Source of the DNA: a virus
Lineage: Duplodnaviria > Caudoviricetes
Virus record (IMG/VR): IMGVR_UViG_3300014168_000003
Coordinates: 1-64,000 of that record
Length of the DNA stretch: 64,000 nucleotides
Direction: 5' to 3' (one strand)
Shown piece after piece: positions 44,521 to 55,091 of this stretch (position 1 is the first letter of the stretch; every line of letters starts with the position of its first letter). The position numbers were made by a program, and so were the translations under genes. The notes below the pieces were generated by a model. It saw only the letters and a list, made by a program, of their open reading frames with translations. It was not told where the DNA came from and did not search any database.

Positions 44521-44676
44521 TCAATCCATATGTACCCGTTCAGACTCTTCGACATCCTCACAATCTTTCCAACCATCTCGCCAATCACGAGATTTAGTGG
44601 GATCGTATGGAGCCCTCTCCACTCGCGCATTCCAGCCCTCATCATAATAACCATTGGGTTTAGTAGCCACCTTCAT
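44521..44676 (-). CDS. Small protein resembling the ribosome modulation factor (Rmf) pattern
   Basis: AAGGAG-ATG; YYDEGWNA...PYD...DWRDGW parallels Rmf GY.AG...CPY...W..GW. Confidence 0.45.
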   Translation of the reverse strand: MKVATKPNGYYDEGWNARVERAPYDPTKSRDWRDGWKDCEDVEESERVHMD

Positions 44677-44698
44677 CTCCTTAAAATGTACAATTGTT

Positions 44699-45034
44699 TC
44701 AGTTAGGAAGCACTTCCCGTCCACATTCGACAGGAGCACAATTAATGAACCGCACCGGCAGATCACAGGTCTCAGGATAGCGGCCCTCGAACCAGCGGAT
44801 GATGCTGGGAAGATCCGTCCGATCTACCCACCTGTCATAGTAGATCCAGAAGGCGAGGTGGGGGATGCCATGAGGGCGAACCCAGAAACCTGCGGCTCCA
44901 TAGCTCCGCACTTGCATGTGTGGGGGGTACACCTTCTTCTGCCGATGGGCCTTGGTATGGTTCTGCTCAGGGGGATCCACCCGTTTCTCATCGGCAGCTT
45001 TGGGGATTCCCATGATCTTGTCAGCCTTGCTCAT
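44699..45034 (-). CDS. Hypothetical protein
   Basis: 111-aa ORF, GGAGG RBS. Confidence 0.65.
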   Translation of the reverse strand: MSKADKIMGIPKAADEKRVDPPEQNHTKAHRQKKVYPPHMQVRSYGAAGFWVRPHGIPHLAFWIYYDRWVDRTDLPSIIRWFEGRYPETCDLPVRFINCAPVECGREVLPN

Positions 45035-45076
45035 TTAAACTCCTCCGGATTTGAAGTGGTGCTGGTATTGACGTTG

Positions 45077-45889
45077 TTAGTCTCCTGCTTGGAACGACTT
45101 GGAGAGCCGGATCAGCTTCTTCCGGTCACGAAGGTAGCGATTCTGGTCATAGCCCAGAACCTCCAGGATCTCATCCACCTTGTCCTTGTTCATGATCGCA
45201 TGAACCAGAGGGAGGAGATTCGGATCCTTTCGCTCCACGAAATCTCTGAACTGCTGGACGAACACATCATCCGCAGTAAGGGGGCGGTTTTCGGCCACCT
45301 GATCCCGGTAGAGACTGGAGCGGTCCATCAGCAGGTATTCACGGCTGATCGGCCCGTTGGATTCATCCATGCCCTGAATAGGGGTGGGGGAGTCCAGGCT
45401 AAACAAGGAGTGGCTGGTCGCATCCTTGCCATACTTGGATCGAAGGCTCAGGTACTTGTGGCAGAGGCACGTATTGACGAAGTTGAAGAACCGACGAGCC
45501 GAAGCCCCATATTGAGCCCATGGGTTGAAGGCGTGGATCACATCGGTGAACCCCAGCTTGTGCAGGGTTCCTCCGATCTCACGATCCTCCTCACCCTCAC
45601 CACCTTTGATGGTGCGACCGTGGTGAAGCTGGTACAAGTGCGTCAACAGCGTCTGGGTCCAGTCCTCCACATCTGGGTGGCTGCTGCACTTGCGGAGCTT
45701 CTTCGACACCCAGTTCCGAACGTACACGGGGTAACGTTCGAAGAACTCGATGAAGTTTGCCGGAACGACGAACCCATCCTGGCCGATGAAGTGGGTTCCG
45801 TCTCCAGTGAACGGCTCCCCCTCGTACCCAGGCATGGCATCAGAGCCGTGTCCTAGCATTTTTGAAGAGAAAACAAAAGAGTCTGTCAA
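45077..45889 (-). CDS. Sigma-70/ECF-like factor
   Basis: Region-2-like DVEDWTQTLL...FFNFVNTCLCHKYL and a C-terminal HTH (EILEVLG...LRDRKKL). Confidence 0.55.
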   Translation of the reverse strand: MTDSFVFSSKMLGHGSDAMPGYEGEPFTGDGTHFIGQDGFVVPANFIEFFERYPVYVRNWVSKKLRKCSSHPDVEDWTQTLLTHLYQLHHGRTIKGGEGEEDREIGGTLHKLGFTDVIHAFNPWAQYGASARRFFNFVNTCLCHKYLSLRSKYGKDATSHSLFSLDSPTPIQGMDESNGPISREYLLMDRSSLYRDQVAENRPLTADDVFVQQFRDFVERKDPNLLPLVHAIMNKDKVDEILEVLGYDQNRYLRDRKKLIRLSKSFQAGD

Positions 45890-45958
45890 GAAAACCTCCT
45901 GTGGTCCTGCAACCTATTATACCCATCCTCCGGCGAAAACCTATACGGAAATTTTTGC

Positions 45959-46645
45959 CTAGTGAGAATGTTCTGACGAACGATCACTACTACGCCTGAA
46001 CTTCTGTTCATCCAGGAGCATGTGCTCATCCAGTATGCGTTGGATTTCCTTGTTCTGCAACAAAATTTGTTGGTTCTGCTGCAACAATTGGTCATTTATC
46101 GCTTTCTGGTCGGTGACAATCGTCTTGCTGACGGAGGACATAATCCACGCAGAGATAAGGGTCACTATGACTGATACTCCAATCATCTGGATTGCGGTCA
46201 TCCACCTTCCAAGTTTTTTTATTTTATCAGACTCTTCGGCCAGGGTCTGGGGGTCGATCCCATGGGACTTGAGCGTCTCGTTGGTCGCCCTTTGCACCCG
46301 AAGCCAATCATTATCTATCTTGGCCAGATGGTTGGTGAACACATCTGCCGCAGCTTTAATCTCAGCCAGACGATCCTGGACAGCTTTGCTGTTGGTTTCA
46401 AGATAGAGATTGATATCCTCAAGACCTTCGCTCACTTCTTCTGAATCAGCTTTCTTGCCTAGCGTCTCCTGCACCTGACCGATGAGTTGGTGAAGTTTGA
46501 ACACAGCGGAGCCGATCTGACGCTCTGTGTCGTAGATTTCTTGAAGATCATCCTTTATAGTGGTCTTACTCGGCAGATACCGAGGGCCAGATTTCTTCCC
46601 GTTCTCACTGGAAGTTTCCTCATCGTCAAACAGTTCTTCGCTCAT
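45959..46645 (-). CDS. Coiled-coil protein with one TM helix
   Basis: Heptad-rich; MIGVSVIVTLISAWIM. Confidence 0.7.
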   Translation of the reverse strand: MSEELFDDEETSSENGKKSGPRYLPSKTTIKDDLQEIYDTERQIGSAVFKLHQLIGQVQETLGKKADSEEVSEGLEDINLYLETNSKAVQDRLAEIKAAADVFTNHLAKIDNDWLRVQRATNETLKSHGIDPQTLAEESDKIKKLGRWMTAIQMIGVSVIVTLISAWIMSSVSKTIVTDQKAINDQLLQQNQQILLQNKEIQRILDEHMLLDEQKFRRSSDRSSEHSH

Positions 46646-46839
46646 CCTAATTTCTCTCTCACTCTCAATAAGGCTTCACGCACTTTTAATACAGAAGTCT
46701 GCAAATCATTTAAAGAGTTCAAGATTCGGTCTTGAACCATTACCAGGGAGCCTGTATCTTCTTCTATCTGACCAATTCGCTTAGTCAGATGCTCGATATC
46801 CTGTTGGATTTTGCATAGCAGTTCATCAGAGTCTGACAC
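46642..46839 (-). CDS. Small coiled-coil protein
   Basis: 65-aa heptad repeat. Confidence 0.6.
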   Translation of the reverse strand: MSDSDELLCKIQQDIEHLTKRIGQIEEDTGSLVMVQDRILNSLNDLQTSVLKVREALLRVREKLG

Positions 46840-46879
46840 ACGCTTTCCTCTCTATCATAGCAGGGGAAAGTTTTGATTT

Positions 46880-48733
46880 CTAATGCCTTCTCCATGGGTT
46901 TTGAACTGCACCATAAGGATTTAATTGATGCTGAAGCTGCCGCTCGTAGGATCTGAGATGAGCGAGAGAGCCATTCATATCCCATCCGCCTCTAATAGTG
47001 CCTGGAATCATATTCTGCGGAACACCTTGCATGATATCCCACATAACTCGTTTCCCGTCTCCTATGGCCCATAGCTGAGCCTTATAGGCAGCAAGAGCTA
47101 CCGCATCCGCCATATCATCATGAGCATCCTTCTCAGTCGGAGCCTTAACAATAACCTGATATTTATTGATAAAAGATGCCTCTAAGAGCTTCATTTCCAA
47201 TACAAATGCAGTTACGTTAGGGAATTTTACCTGACGATTTTCCATGAGGGTTTTAAGTGTGAGGTACATCTGCGAGTTCACACCAGAAGTCAAGTGGAGC
47301 AGTTCGATACCGGTGACATGATTTGCGTTCAGCAACTGAACCAGGAGGGAGCCTCCATACTGGTCTGTCACACCCTGGAAGCATGGAAGCATTGCATGGG
47401 CATCCTTTAGCCAATCCAGCACATCGTCCAGCGGAAGCTCAACAACGTCTTTATACTTGCCTAGCCCCACCATTAGCCTATCAATATAGTCGTATACGAG
47501 CCATGCTTTATTTTGACCGCCTTCCCAGTGGCAAACCGCAAGGGCTGTAGCATCGTGCTTCATGCCCAGATCAAGACCCCAGAAGTAGTTGTGCCCTATC
47601 ATGGAGGAGGTTAGGGTAGTCATATTGCCACGATCCTGATCAACACATTCATCAATCGTCAAGCCCTTGACGTAAGTTTCAGAAGCGTCAAGAAACTCCC
47701 CACCATATTCAGCCTTGAACTTCTCAGGGTTGTCCTTGTATTCCTTTTTGAGGAACGGAGTATCAGAACGGGGGTTCATCTCTGCGGTAGAACACTGGAA
47801 GGCTAGGACTGGACTGGAGGGGCCTTCCAGCAAGGCATCTCTGAACAAGGTGTAATACTTACCAATCTTATTCACTGGGGAAGTTATGATGAAAATCATA
47901 CTTTCCCTCAGACCGTCACGGGTTCCCCCGCCCTTAAACTGCATCGTTGCAGGGGCGGCGGCGGAGTACATCTCATCGGAAGTGGAACCAATCTGCTGCC
48001 GATAGTGGGCGAACTCATCCAATGCTAAGAAATAGCTGCTAGGCCCACGCACAGCATTTGTGGTGCAGGGATAGGCAGCAGCCTTGATGGAGGGAGTGAG
48101 TTCCCGTTTGCCACGGTCAGACTCGGAGATGAAGGTCATCTCCTCACCGGTCATGGATTTAATATAAGGAGCAAAGAAGGGGGCTCGGTTGATGTCCTCT
48201 TTAAGCTGATCGTACAAACGGCTGGATCCCTTAGAGTCCTGGGCCATCATGGTCAGATCAATAGGGGAACCGGGAACCAGACCGTAGTATTCCTGGGGGT
48301 CTCGATGACTCAGGAGAAGATAGAGCTTATAGGCGGCGACTGCGGCGACCACAACGCTCTTACCACCACGACGACCAACAATCATGTCAATTTCATTGTA
48401 TCCGAGTGGATTTGCATCCTCCCAGGTGGGAATGTTGATTCGACCCTTTTCGAATACATAACGGATATATTCACGTTCTGTAAAGGTGAAGAGTAACTTT
48501 TCGCAGAATTGGTCGTAAACGGGAACTTCCCGCTCATCCCAATCCATCGGAATGCCAAAGATTAACTTGATCAGAACACGCTGAACTGGATATAAGGTTA
48601 TATTCAATCCACTTGGTGATTCAATGAACTCCAGGGCATTGAGCAGGGTTGTACTGTCTGTGATATGGGTGTCAACCAACCCACCCAACACAGACTCTCT
48701 TGATTTTTGGCTGAATCTCTGTCTACTACTCAC
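46880..48733 (-). CDS. terL: Terminase large subunit
   Basis: VGRRGGKS Walker A, LDEFAH Walker B, ITSP, EYGGEF, GLDLG...DA, HDDMADA nuclease motifs. Confidence 0.95.
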   Translation of the reverse strand: MSSRQRFSQKSRESVLGGLVDTHITDSTTLLNALEFIESPSGLNITLYPVQRVLIKLIFGIPMDWDEREVPVYDQFCEKLLFTFTEREYIRYVFEKGRINIPTWEDANPLGYNEIDMIVGRRGGKSVVVAAVAAYKLYLLLSHRDPQEYYGLVPGSPIDLTMMAQDSKGSSRLYDQLKEDINRAPFFAPYIKSMTGEEMTFISESDRGKRELTPSIKAAAYPCTTNAVRGPSSYFLALDEFAHYRQQIGSTSDEMYSAAAPATMQFKGGGTRDGLRESMIFIITSPVNKIGKYYTLFRDALLEGPSSPVLAFQCSTAEMNPRSDTPFLKKEYKDNPEKFKAEYGGEFLDASETYVKGLTIDECVDQDRGNMTTLTSSMIGHNYFWGLDLGMKHDATALAVCHWEGGQNKAWLVYDYIDRLMVGLGKYKDVVELPLDDVLDWLKDAHAMLPCFQGVTDQYGGSLLVQLLNANHVTGIELLHLTSGVNSQMYLTLKTLMENRQVKFPNVTAFVLEMKLLEASFINKYQVIVKAPTEKDAHDDMADAVALAAYKAQLWAIGDGKRVMWDIMQGVPQNMIPGTIRGGWDMNGSLAHLRSYERQLQHQLNPYGAVQNPWRRH

Positions 48734-48756
48734 ATTACCTTACTTTCTCAGTCAGC

Positions 48757-50031
48757 TTAGAACTCGAAGTTCTCCGCTTCCTTGACAAAGTAAGCCTCCA
48801 ACGAAGGGGGTAGCTCTTTATAACCATTAGAGGCCAGGGCTTCGATATACATAATCATAGCCTGCTCCCCGAACTGGTCCCAAACAGCAGAGAAATCCTT
48901 TGCACCGAACTTGTTATTCTTGGCCACGCAACGGTTGATGATACCAGCCGTCACACCCCTGCCACGATAGCTGGAGTTGGAGTTTAGATCTTTCACTAGT
49001 CCCTCAGCGGGGCAAGAAGCGATAACCTTGTCCAGGGAAGCAGTGTCGGTCTCGTTCAACTGATCAGGAGGAATCAGGCCAGCCAGATAGGGATCAACAG
49101 CCGTGGCAGCACGAAGGATGCCTAGAGCTTCCTGGGGGAGACTAGAAACGGAGCTTGCGTTGAACTCAACTCCTACCTGTTTGGCTGTGGCTTCCAGAGA
49201 TGGGAAGGTTCCACCACCGGACCCACCGGACCCACCGGTCTGCCAGATCACATCATCGGCGGGGTTGTAGACATCAGCCTTGGAACCGTCCGTGGCGATA
49301 GCGTAACGACTGATTCCATCACGAACTAGGAAGTAGAAATCCCCTTCGTTCATATAAGGACGAGTCTTCCATGCTTCACCACTGTAATCGCGGCCCACAC
49401 ACCAACTCACACCCCACCAGCCATTCATTCCCAGCCAGCTTCCAGCTTCCTTGCCCTTCGGATCACCCTGCTCAATCTTGTAGCACTTCCAGGGTCCGTC
49501 CTGAGCAATTACCTTACTACCTTCGGCTACGGCTTGCCGTGGGTTACCGGGCTGTCCACCTTTGGCAGATTCGGCTTCTTCTGGAAGGTTATCGATGGTG
49601 AACTTGGCCTTAACTTTCTGGCCCTTCTCTGTGGCAGCCGCTTCCTGCATGTCTGACAGGGTGGCGTAAGATTCAACGTTGGTTGCCTCTCCGGTCAAAG
49701 TCTGATCCTTGACGGCCTGCTCGAAATTGGCCAGCGTAGAACTGACACGAGGCTTGTCCTCAAAGTCAATCTGACCCTCTGGGGTCATCTTCAAGACGAA
49801 CCCTGGAGGGGTGATACCCCAAAGCTGCTTGGCCAGATACTTCAAATAAACCTTCTGACGGTTTGGTGGGAGACCTGGAGGTAGGGTGGAATCCAAGGCT
49901 GCGAGGACTGCTCCAATCTGAGCTTCATCCTTGGGGAAGGTTGGCTTAGCTTTGTACATTTGTACGATAGTGGCCTTGGTGGACCCAGAGACATCAGCCA
50001 GGAAAAGTCTTGCAGTGAGTGAGAGTTTCAT
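48757..50031 (-). CDS. Hypothetical virion-associated protein
   Basis: 424 aa; SWCVG...Y...FYF core seen in phage head-region proteins. Confidence 0.7.
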   Translation of the reverse strand: MKLSLTARLFLADVSGSTKATIVQMYKAKPTFPKDEAQIGAVLAALDSTLPPGLPPNRQKVYLKYLAKQLWGITPPGFVLKMTPEGQIDFEDKPRVSSTLANFEQAVKDQTLTGEATNVESYATLSDMQEAAATEKGQKVKAKFTIDNLPEEAESAKGGQPGNPRQAVAEGSKVIAQDGPWKCYKIEQGDPKGKEAGSWLGMNGWWGVSWCVGRDYSGEAWKTRPYMNEGDFYFLVRDGISRYAIATDGSKADVYNPADDVIWQTGGSGGSGGGTFPSLEATAKQVGVEFNASSVSSLPQEALGILRAATAVDPYLAGLIPPDQLNETDTASLDKVIASCPAEGLVKDLNSNSSYRGRGVTAGIINRCVAKNNKFGAKDFSAVWDQFGEQAMIMYIEALASNGYKELPPSLEAYFVKEAENFEF

Positions 50032-50043
50032 GTAGTACCTCTA

Positions 50044-50526
50044 TTAAATGTGAGAAAGTTCGGGTTCGTCGCCACTGATAGACTCTTCCCATTGATCAAC
50101 TGCATCCTCTTCCAGAGGAAAGAACTGGCCGGTGACGGAACCGTCCTCAGATTCGTGAATGATAGCACCGTGGTTGCGCTTCAACATCTCGGAATCGGCC
50201 CCACTGGAGACACCAGACCCTTCTGGACTGCCCTCAGAGAGCATACCCAAGTAGAGGCCCCACCAACCATTACCATGGTTAGGGTCGCCAGATTCGAGGT
50301 CTGGTTTCAAACCATACAAGTACTCGGTAGCGGGGGTATCGAAGCTCCTGGGGGCTGCGGCAGCCCTCTTTGCCCCTGTTTTACGCCCCAGGTGAAGAGC
50401 GTTGATCACATTCTTGAGGAGTTCGATGGCCTTGGACTGTGCTTCAGGTTTCTGATCCCGAAGTTCCAAAACCTCACTCATCAGATTTTTCAACTGAGCG
50501 ATAACAATATTCGTATCAGACATCAA
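50044..50526 (-). CDS. Hypothetical protein
   Basis: 160-aa ORF in the head module. Confidence 0.7.
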   Translation of the reverse strand: MMSDTNIVIAQLKNLMSEVLELRDQKPEAQSKAIELLKNVINALHLGRKTGAKRAAAAPRSFDTPATEYLYGLKPDLESGDPNHGNGWWGLYLGMLSEGSPEGSGVSSGADSEMLKRNHGAIIHESEDGSVTGQFFPLEEDAVDQWEESISGDEPELSHI

Positions 50527-53268
50527 TTACTCCTTGGTTCCCGTAATATACTTATACGTGATATCCAGCGTTTCCAGATCAACCTTTTCGATTCTCACAA
50601 AGATTTCGTAGAGGAAGCGACCGTCCGGACCATCATGCCATACTCCACCCTGAGCCCATGCGTTGTTGATTGCTTCGGTAAGCTCCCCGCTGTTAATTGA
50701 GGAAAGCAGGGATTTGAACTGAGCCACATACGGACTCATTCCTCCACTAGTGAGCAGGGGATTCATGGGGCAAATAGTGGATTCGTTTGCCAAATTGATC
50801 ACTGAGTAAGAAGGACTGTTGGTGAAAAGAGGGCGATCCGTTACCACAAAAGCTGCCAACAAGGAAGAAGCAATCTCCCCAGCTAGTTTACGGAGAAATT
50901 CTGCTATAATGGTTGCCTTGGCGGGGGCAGCCGCAGTCTTGTTTTCCAGAGATGACTTCATAGTCAACAGGGCTGGCTCAATGTCAGTGTGGATTCGATA
51001 GAATTGATCTGAGAAGAAGGGTCCACGAATCGAACGCTCATTGGGTTTAAGCGGAACAGAGGAATTGTCCTGCTCGGTCTGGAGCAATCCAGGTTCCCCT
51101 AGAGAGTGCTTCATACCATTGTCACTGTAGTCTTTATCTGTCACCTGGGACTCGCCACCCGGCTCATTCTGTAGCTCCAGGGAGAGGGGAGGGGGAGTAG
51201 AGTTGCGCTCTGGGTAACCGATAGGATAATCAGAGGTATCCTTTAAAATTTCAGGATAGAACTGCTCCAAGGCTTCACCAGGGTGCATATAAGTCAGGGC
51301 CAGCTTGTGTGCGGATGCAGTTTTCACATCACCGGCTGTTTTTTGACTGAAATCAGTCCCACAGTTTCGGCAACGGAAGTGCTCACGCCCACCAAGATTC
51401 CCCATCGAAACTCCGGGGCCAGCACAATTGGGGCAGAACACGCCATCCCCTTGATTATCTTCCTGCTCAGTGCGGGTCATGACTTTGAAGCTATCCTTAC
51501 CATAAGGCTGAAGGAGTCCCTGCTGCGTCAGGAAAGAAAACACAGCCTTGACATTGTTGGTCATGTGAGACAGAAGACTCATAAGATTCTGCTTAGAGAG
51601 ATACTCCCCCTCATGCTGCTCCACTAGCCGATTAGCAGCAGAGCTAACAGCCTGATCGGCTGCCTTCTTATTTGCTGCAATATCCTCTGCGTGATCAGTT
51701 TCTTTGGTGGGCTCATCTTTTGAGGCAAAGTCAGATTTGAAGGTTTCTCGCATCTGCGTATAACCATTCAAAACTTCACCACTTGCTACTTTCTCTAAAA
51801 AAGTGGCCATCCTGGCTGAGCCGAAGTGTACTGGCTCTTCTTCAGTCGGTTGGGAACCTGGATCCTGGAAATCCTCCTGGGCTCGGGTTCCGGTATTTGG
51901 AGAGGTGGGGATCCTTACCGAACCGGCATCCCCAGTGGCGGTTCGATCAGTAAAATTTTCCTTGTTTCCCGTTCCGGCTGAGGAGCACTCACCCTGGCAC
52001 CCTGGACTTCCACAAACGGGGCAATACCCCTCGTATGGGCCTACTTCTCCTTCGGCGGCAGCTTTGCTACCAGCGGTCTTTTTTTTTAATTGTATGGTCA
52101 GTTCGTCAAAAACACTCGACTCTTCGGGAGTAATTTTGTCGGCCAAAATCAATGGAAGAGCGGAGGCATTAAGACGAATCCACTTGGACTCTTTGGGGAG
52201 AATATGACCACTTCCAGGCTGCGGGGTAGGTGCGGGAATCTGACCCCCGGAAAGCTCCAATTCCCCATCATCACTGACGTACATGTCACATTCACCAAAT
52301 GAATGAGCCAACTTGTCAAGAGATTGCTGAGTCTCTGGAGAGAGTGCATCCTCATCCCAGAATCCAGTGCCATGGCCATTACGATTCAACCAAAATAGGT
52401 GCCCCGCTTGCTCTGAACTCAAGGCATCCAATTCAGGACCGGCCATCTCCATGAAAGCTGTGCAATCTTCTTCGGCCTTTCTAAGAGCTTCAGTAGAGAA
52501 ATCCTCAATAGAGAATTTTCCGTCTCTGTCTAGTGGTTCCCCTGTCTCATCTGATCCGGTCCAAATTGCAGCTTCCAGATAGGCCGTAGTAAACTCATCC
52601 GGACTCATCTTCATGATGGCTGCAATCTTTGCCATCTTGTCCAATTTTGGATAAACGTTCTCCTTAGACTGAAACTCATAAGCGGGGCCAAGATGATCAT
52701 GAGTGATGTTCACCGCATCCAGCTTAATTGCATCCTCAGCCAACGTATCAAACAATGCAGAGAGGCTGGGGTTGTAGTAGGCGGAGAACACCAAATGACG
52801 TACCAGGAGGGTCAGTTTCGGAATTTCCTTGGTGAAGCGGAAGGCGTGGAGATCGCGGACATTCCCCCAGGCTGGCTGGAAAATGACAATGCAGCCCAGT
52901 TTTCCCTCTGAATCCTTGAACACTTTATCCTTGTATTCACTGACCTCTTTTGGGGTCAGATTATCGAACTCACTAGTGCTGAGCCGGTGCATTTCCAGAT
53001 AAGAGGCATCTTCTCCATCAAAGAGACGAATCACCGCTCCCTTGAGTAGGGGGTCAGGAATCTTGTCCATTTCATCCATGACAGAAGCGGGAATGACCAT
53101 CAGTTTGCCAACGTAAAGATCCTGTCGGAGCCCACGACGACTAACATCCAGGGACTGGATTTCACGAGAGGAGATAGCCTTCTTCTCGGCATCAATGAGA
53201 CAAGCAACGACACCCTGAAGGATGCCCTCCAAGCCCAACGTTGTGAATGATTTTTCTACTCGTGCCAT
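50527..53268 (-). CDS. Large multidomain head-region protein
   Basis: 913 aa; AGHLFWLNRNGHGTGFWD module, two Cys-rich ribbons, many K-x-A motifs. Confidence 0.75.
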   Translation of the reverse strand: MARVEKSFTTLGLEGILQGVVACLIDAEKKAISSREIQSLDVSRRGLRQDLYVGKLMVIPASVMDEMDKIPDPLLKGAVIRLFDGEDASYLEMHRLSTSEFDNLTPKEVSEYKDKVFKDSEGKLGCIVIFQPAWGNVRDLHAFRFTKEIPKLTLLVRHLVFSAYYNPSLSALFDTLAEDAIKLDAVNITHDHLGPAYEFQSKENVYPKLDKMAKIAAIMKMSPDEFTTAYLEAAIWTGSDETGEPLDRDGKFSIEDFSTEALRKAEEDCTAFMEMAGPELDALSSEQAGHLFWLNRNGHGTGFWDEDALSPETQQSLDKLAHSFGECDMYVSDDGELELSGGQIPAPTPQPGSGHILPKESKWIRLNASALPLILADKITPEESSVFDELTIQLKKKTAGSKAAAEGEVGPYEGYCPVCGSPGCQGECSSAGTGNKENFTDRTATGDAGSVRIPTSPNTGTRAQEDFQDPGSQPTEEEPVHFGSARMATFLEKVASGEVLNGYTQMRETFKSDFASKDEPTKETDHAEDIAANKKAADQAVSSAANRLVEQHEGEYLSKQNLMSLLSHMTNNVKAVFSFLTQQGLLQPYGKDSFKVMTRTEQEDNQGDGVFCPNCAGPGVSMGNLGGREHFRCRNCGTDFSQKTAGDVKTASAHKLALTYMHPGEALEQFYPEILKDTSDYPIGYPERNSTPPPLSLELQNEPGGESQVTDKDYSDNGMKHSLGEPGLLQTEQDNSSVPLKPNERSIRGPFFSDQFYRIHTDIEPALLTMKSSLENKTAAAPAKATIIAEFLRKLAGEIASSLLAAFVVTDRPLFTNSPSYSVINLANESTICPMNPLLTSGGMSPYVAQFKSLLSSINSGELTEAINNAWAQGGVWHDGPDGRFLYEIFVRIEKVDLETLDITYKYITGTKE

Positions 53269-53270
53269 TA

Positions 53271-53768
53271 TTACCTCTGAAGAAAACTGGAATCGATTTT
53301 TTCGGTTTGTTTGCGAAGCTCTGGCTCCATCTGAGTTACCGTGTCTCGGAAATTACGGAGTAGAGTGTTAGTTTGGTCCTCGCTGAATCCGGAATCTTTG
53401 GCTGACTTTCTAACCGCACCGGCAAGCTCTTGGAAAACAAACTGGAATTTAGGGCCATCAAAGTTCAAGAAATCCTTCTTGGAAAGAAGTTCAGACTCAC
53501 TGAGAGTCTTGGATAGATCCCTGAGCGATCTGATTTGCTCTGTGTAGAGCTTTTGCTTGTACATGTTGGCCTGGGAGAGCATACTCATCTCTCCCGTAAC
53601 CACAGCGATCTCACCAGCAATCAGTCGATTAATCTCAGATACGGGCTGATTAGGGTCATTGATTTTACCCAGAATCTCCACCATACGCTTAGACAGTTCC
53701 CCCTCAGAGGGCTTTCCAGCCGCCTCTGTGCTCTGAACCGTGAAAGTGATTAATCCGTCTTTTTCCAT
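53271..53768 (-). CDS. Hypothetical helical protein
   Basis: 165 aa, coupled to its neighbours. Confidence 0.7.
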   Translation of the reverse strand: MEKDGLITFTVQSTEAAGKPSEGELSKRMVEILGKINDPNQPVSEINRLIAGEIAVVTGEMSMLSQANMYKQKLYTEQIRSLRDLSKTLSESELLSKKDFLNFDGPKFQFVFQELAGAVRKSAKDSGFSEDQTNTLLRNFRDTVTQMEPELRKQTEKIDSSFLQR

Positions 53769-55091
53769 TTAGTCCTCGATGTTGATTTCTGACGAACGAG
53801 TCAATTCCACATCAGTATCGGCCTGCTCTGGCACTTCTTTATACTCGATGGGGCTGTCCTCTCCAGTATCAAGGAGATCAAATTCAAATAGGACTTCACG
53901 CCCGTCTTTCACACCCTCATGAGCAATATGCTTCGAGGATACACGATCCATTCCAGGGAACGTCAGAAGAGTTCCACCGGTCAGACCACAATGCATTCCA
54001 TTTCGATAGGTGCAAGAAGCACATTTACCTTCACCTACAATAGCATTGCCAGTTGCCAGCTTGTTCTTCAATAAGGAGCAGTCGATTGCAGCCAGCACAA
54101 CCTTCGCACCACTCTTCTTAAGACCAATAATGTAGCGTTTGATCGCGGCCATCGCAGAAGTCTTACCATATTGAGCCGCAGCGGTCTTATATACATCCTT
54201 AAGGGGGATACCTGAACTGACCATAGTGCCGATCTCTTCAACACTGGCCTCCTTGTGGACCATGGATTGCTTGTCACCAGCGGTTCGGACCACATACTTT
54301 TCAGTATTGCGGCTGTAAGGAAGGGCCTGAGCTTCTTTCTCTCCACCTTCATGCATCTTGACCAATGTGGCCTTCAGAGTTCCAGCGATTTTAATGTCCT
54401 TGGCTTTTAGATTCGCTTTGACCACCGTCTCAAGCTCCTTGGCTGAAGCAACGATGGGGCGACTGTAGAGGGTGCAATTACCGCAGTTGTTATACTTGCA
54501 TCCAGGGCAGGCGGCGATTTTCTTGACTGACATGGCGTTCAGGTGGCCATTCTTTTGAATCTCCTTGGCAGAAGCCACACAGGAGTTCATATAGAAATTA
54601 GGCTCCAAATAGGCTAACCCAGCCTGCCCAGCCTGATCCTTAAGGAACTCGGTTGTAGTCTTCTTGTCATAGACCTTTAGAGCGGATTCAGCCATCTTTT
54701 CCATCATACCTGCAACACGACTAGGTTTATGCCCCAGGCTTAGGAGGTAATTGACTCGATTCTTGATTTCCGCATCTGTGATCACATCAAGTTCATTATG
54801 CTGTTCTACGGCTCCAAGGGCCTTGAACGCATCAGCCAGAGCAGAGTCACCCGTGGTCGCATCTTTGATTGGTTTGGTCTCACGACCTCCAGCGGCGGTT
54901 CGGCCAGCCGGAACAACGGTGTGCTCAGATCTTCCCCCAATTTGATCAAGGAAGGCGTTGTCCACCTGGGACGAGGCGTCAGTGAACTGCTCATCCATCT
55001 TCTGGGGCTTTTTCAAGCCAATGTTCCCGTAGTCGGGCTCTACGTCCTGAAGGAAGGAATCGATAAGAGAAAATTGCTTGTTGTCGTCCAT
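53769..55091 (-). CDS. Head-region protein with two Cys-rich modules
   Basis: CPGCKYNNCGNC and CASCTYRNGMHC; many K-x-A motifs. Confidence 0.75.
   Translation of the reverse strand: MDDNKQFSLIDSFLQDVEPDYGNIGLKKPQKMDEQFTDASSQVDNAFLDQIGGRSEHTVVPAGRTAAGGRETKPIKDATTGDSALADAFKALGAVEQHNELDVITDAEIKNRVNYLLSLGHKPSRVAGMMEKMAESALKVYDKKTTTEFLKDQAGQAGLAYLEPNFYMNSCVASAKEIQKNGHLNAMSVKKIAACPGCKYNNCGNCTLYSRPIVASAKELETVVKANLKAKDIKIAGTLKATLVKMHEGGEKEAQALPYSRNTEKYVVRTAGDKQSMVHKEASVEEIGTMVSSGIPLKDVYKTAAAQYGKTSAMAAIKRYIIGLKKSGAKVVLAAIDCSLLKNKLATGNAIVGEGKCASCTYRNGMHCGLTGGTLLTFPGMDRVSSKHIAHEGVKDGREVLFEFDLLDTGEDSPIEYKEVPEQADTDVELTRSSEINIED

Noticed and set aside
44654-45856. Long plus-strand ORFs (also 29943-31097, 27413-28279, 18035-18685, 477-1055 and others)
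   Set aside because: Antisense shadows of well-supported minus-strand genes; no RBS or recognisable motifs.
40375-48733. Inteins in the polymerase or terminase
   Set aside because: No C/S...HN-(C/S/T) splice-junction motifs or LAGLIDADG blocks; the polymerase insertion lacks intein termini.
49205-49240. CCACCGGAC short tandem repeat
   Set aside because: Simply encodes a GGSGGSGG linker.
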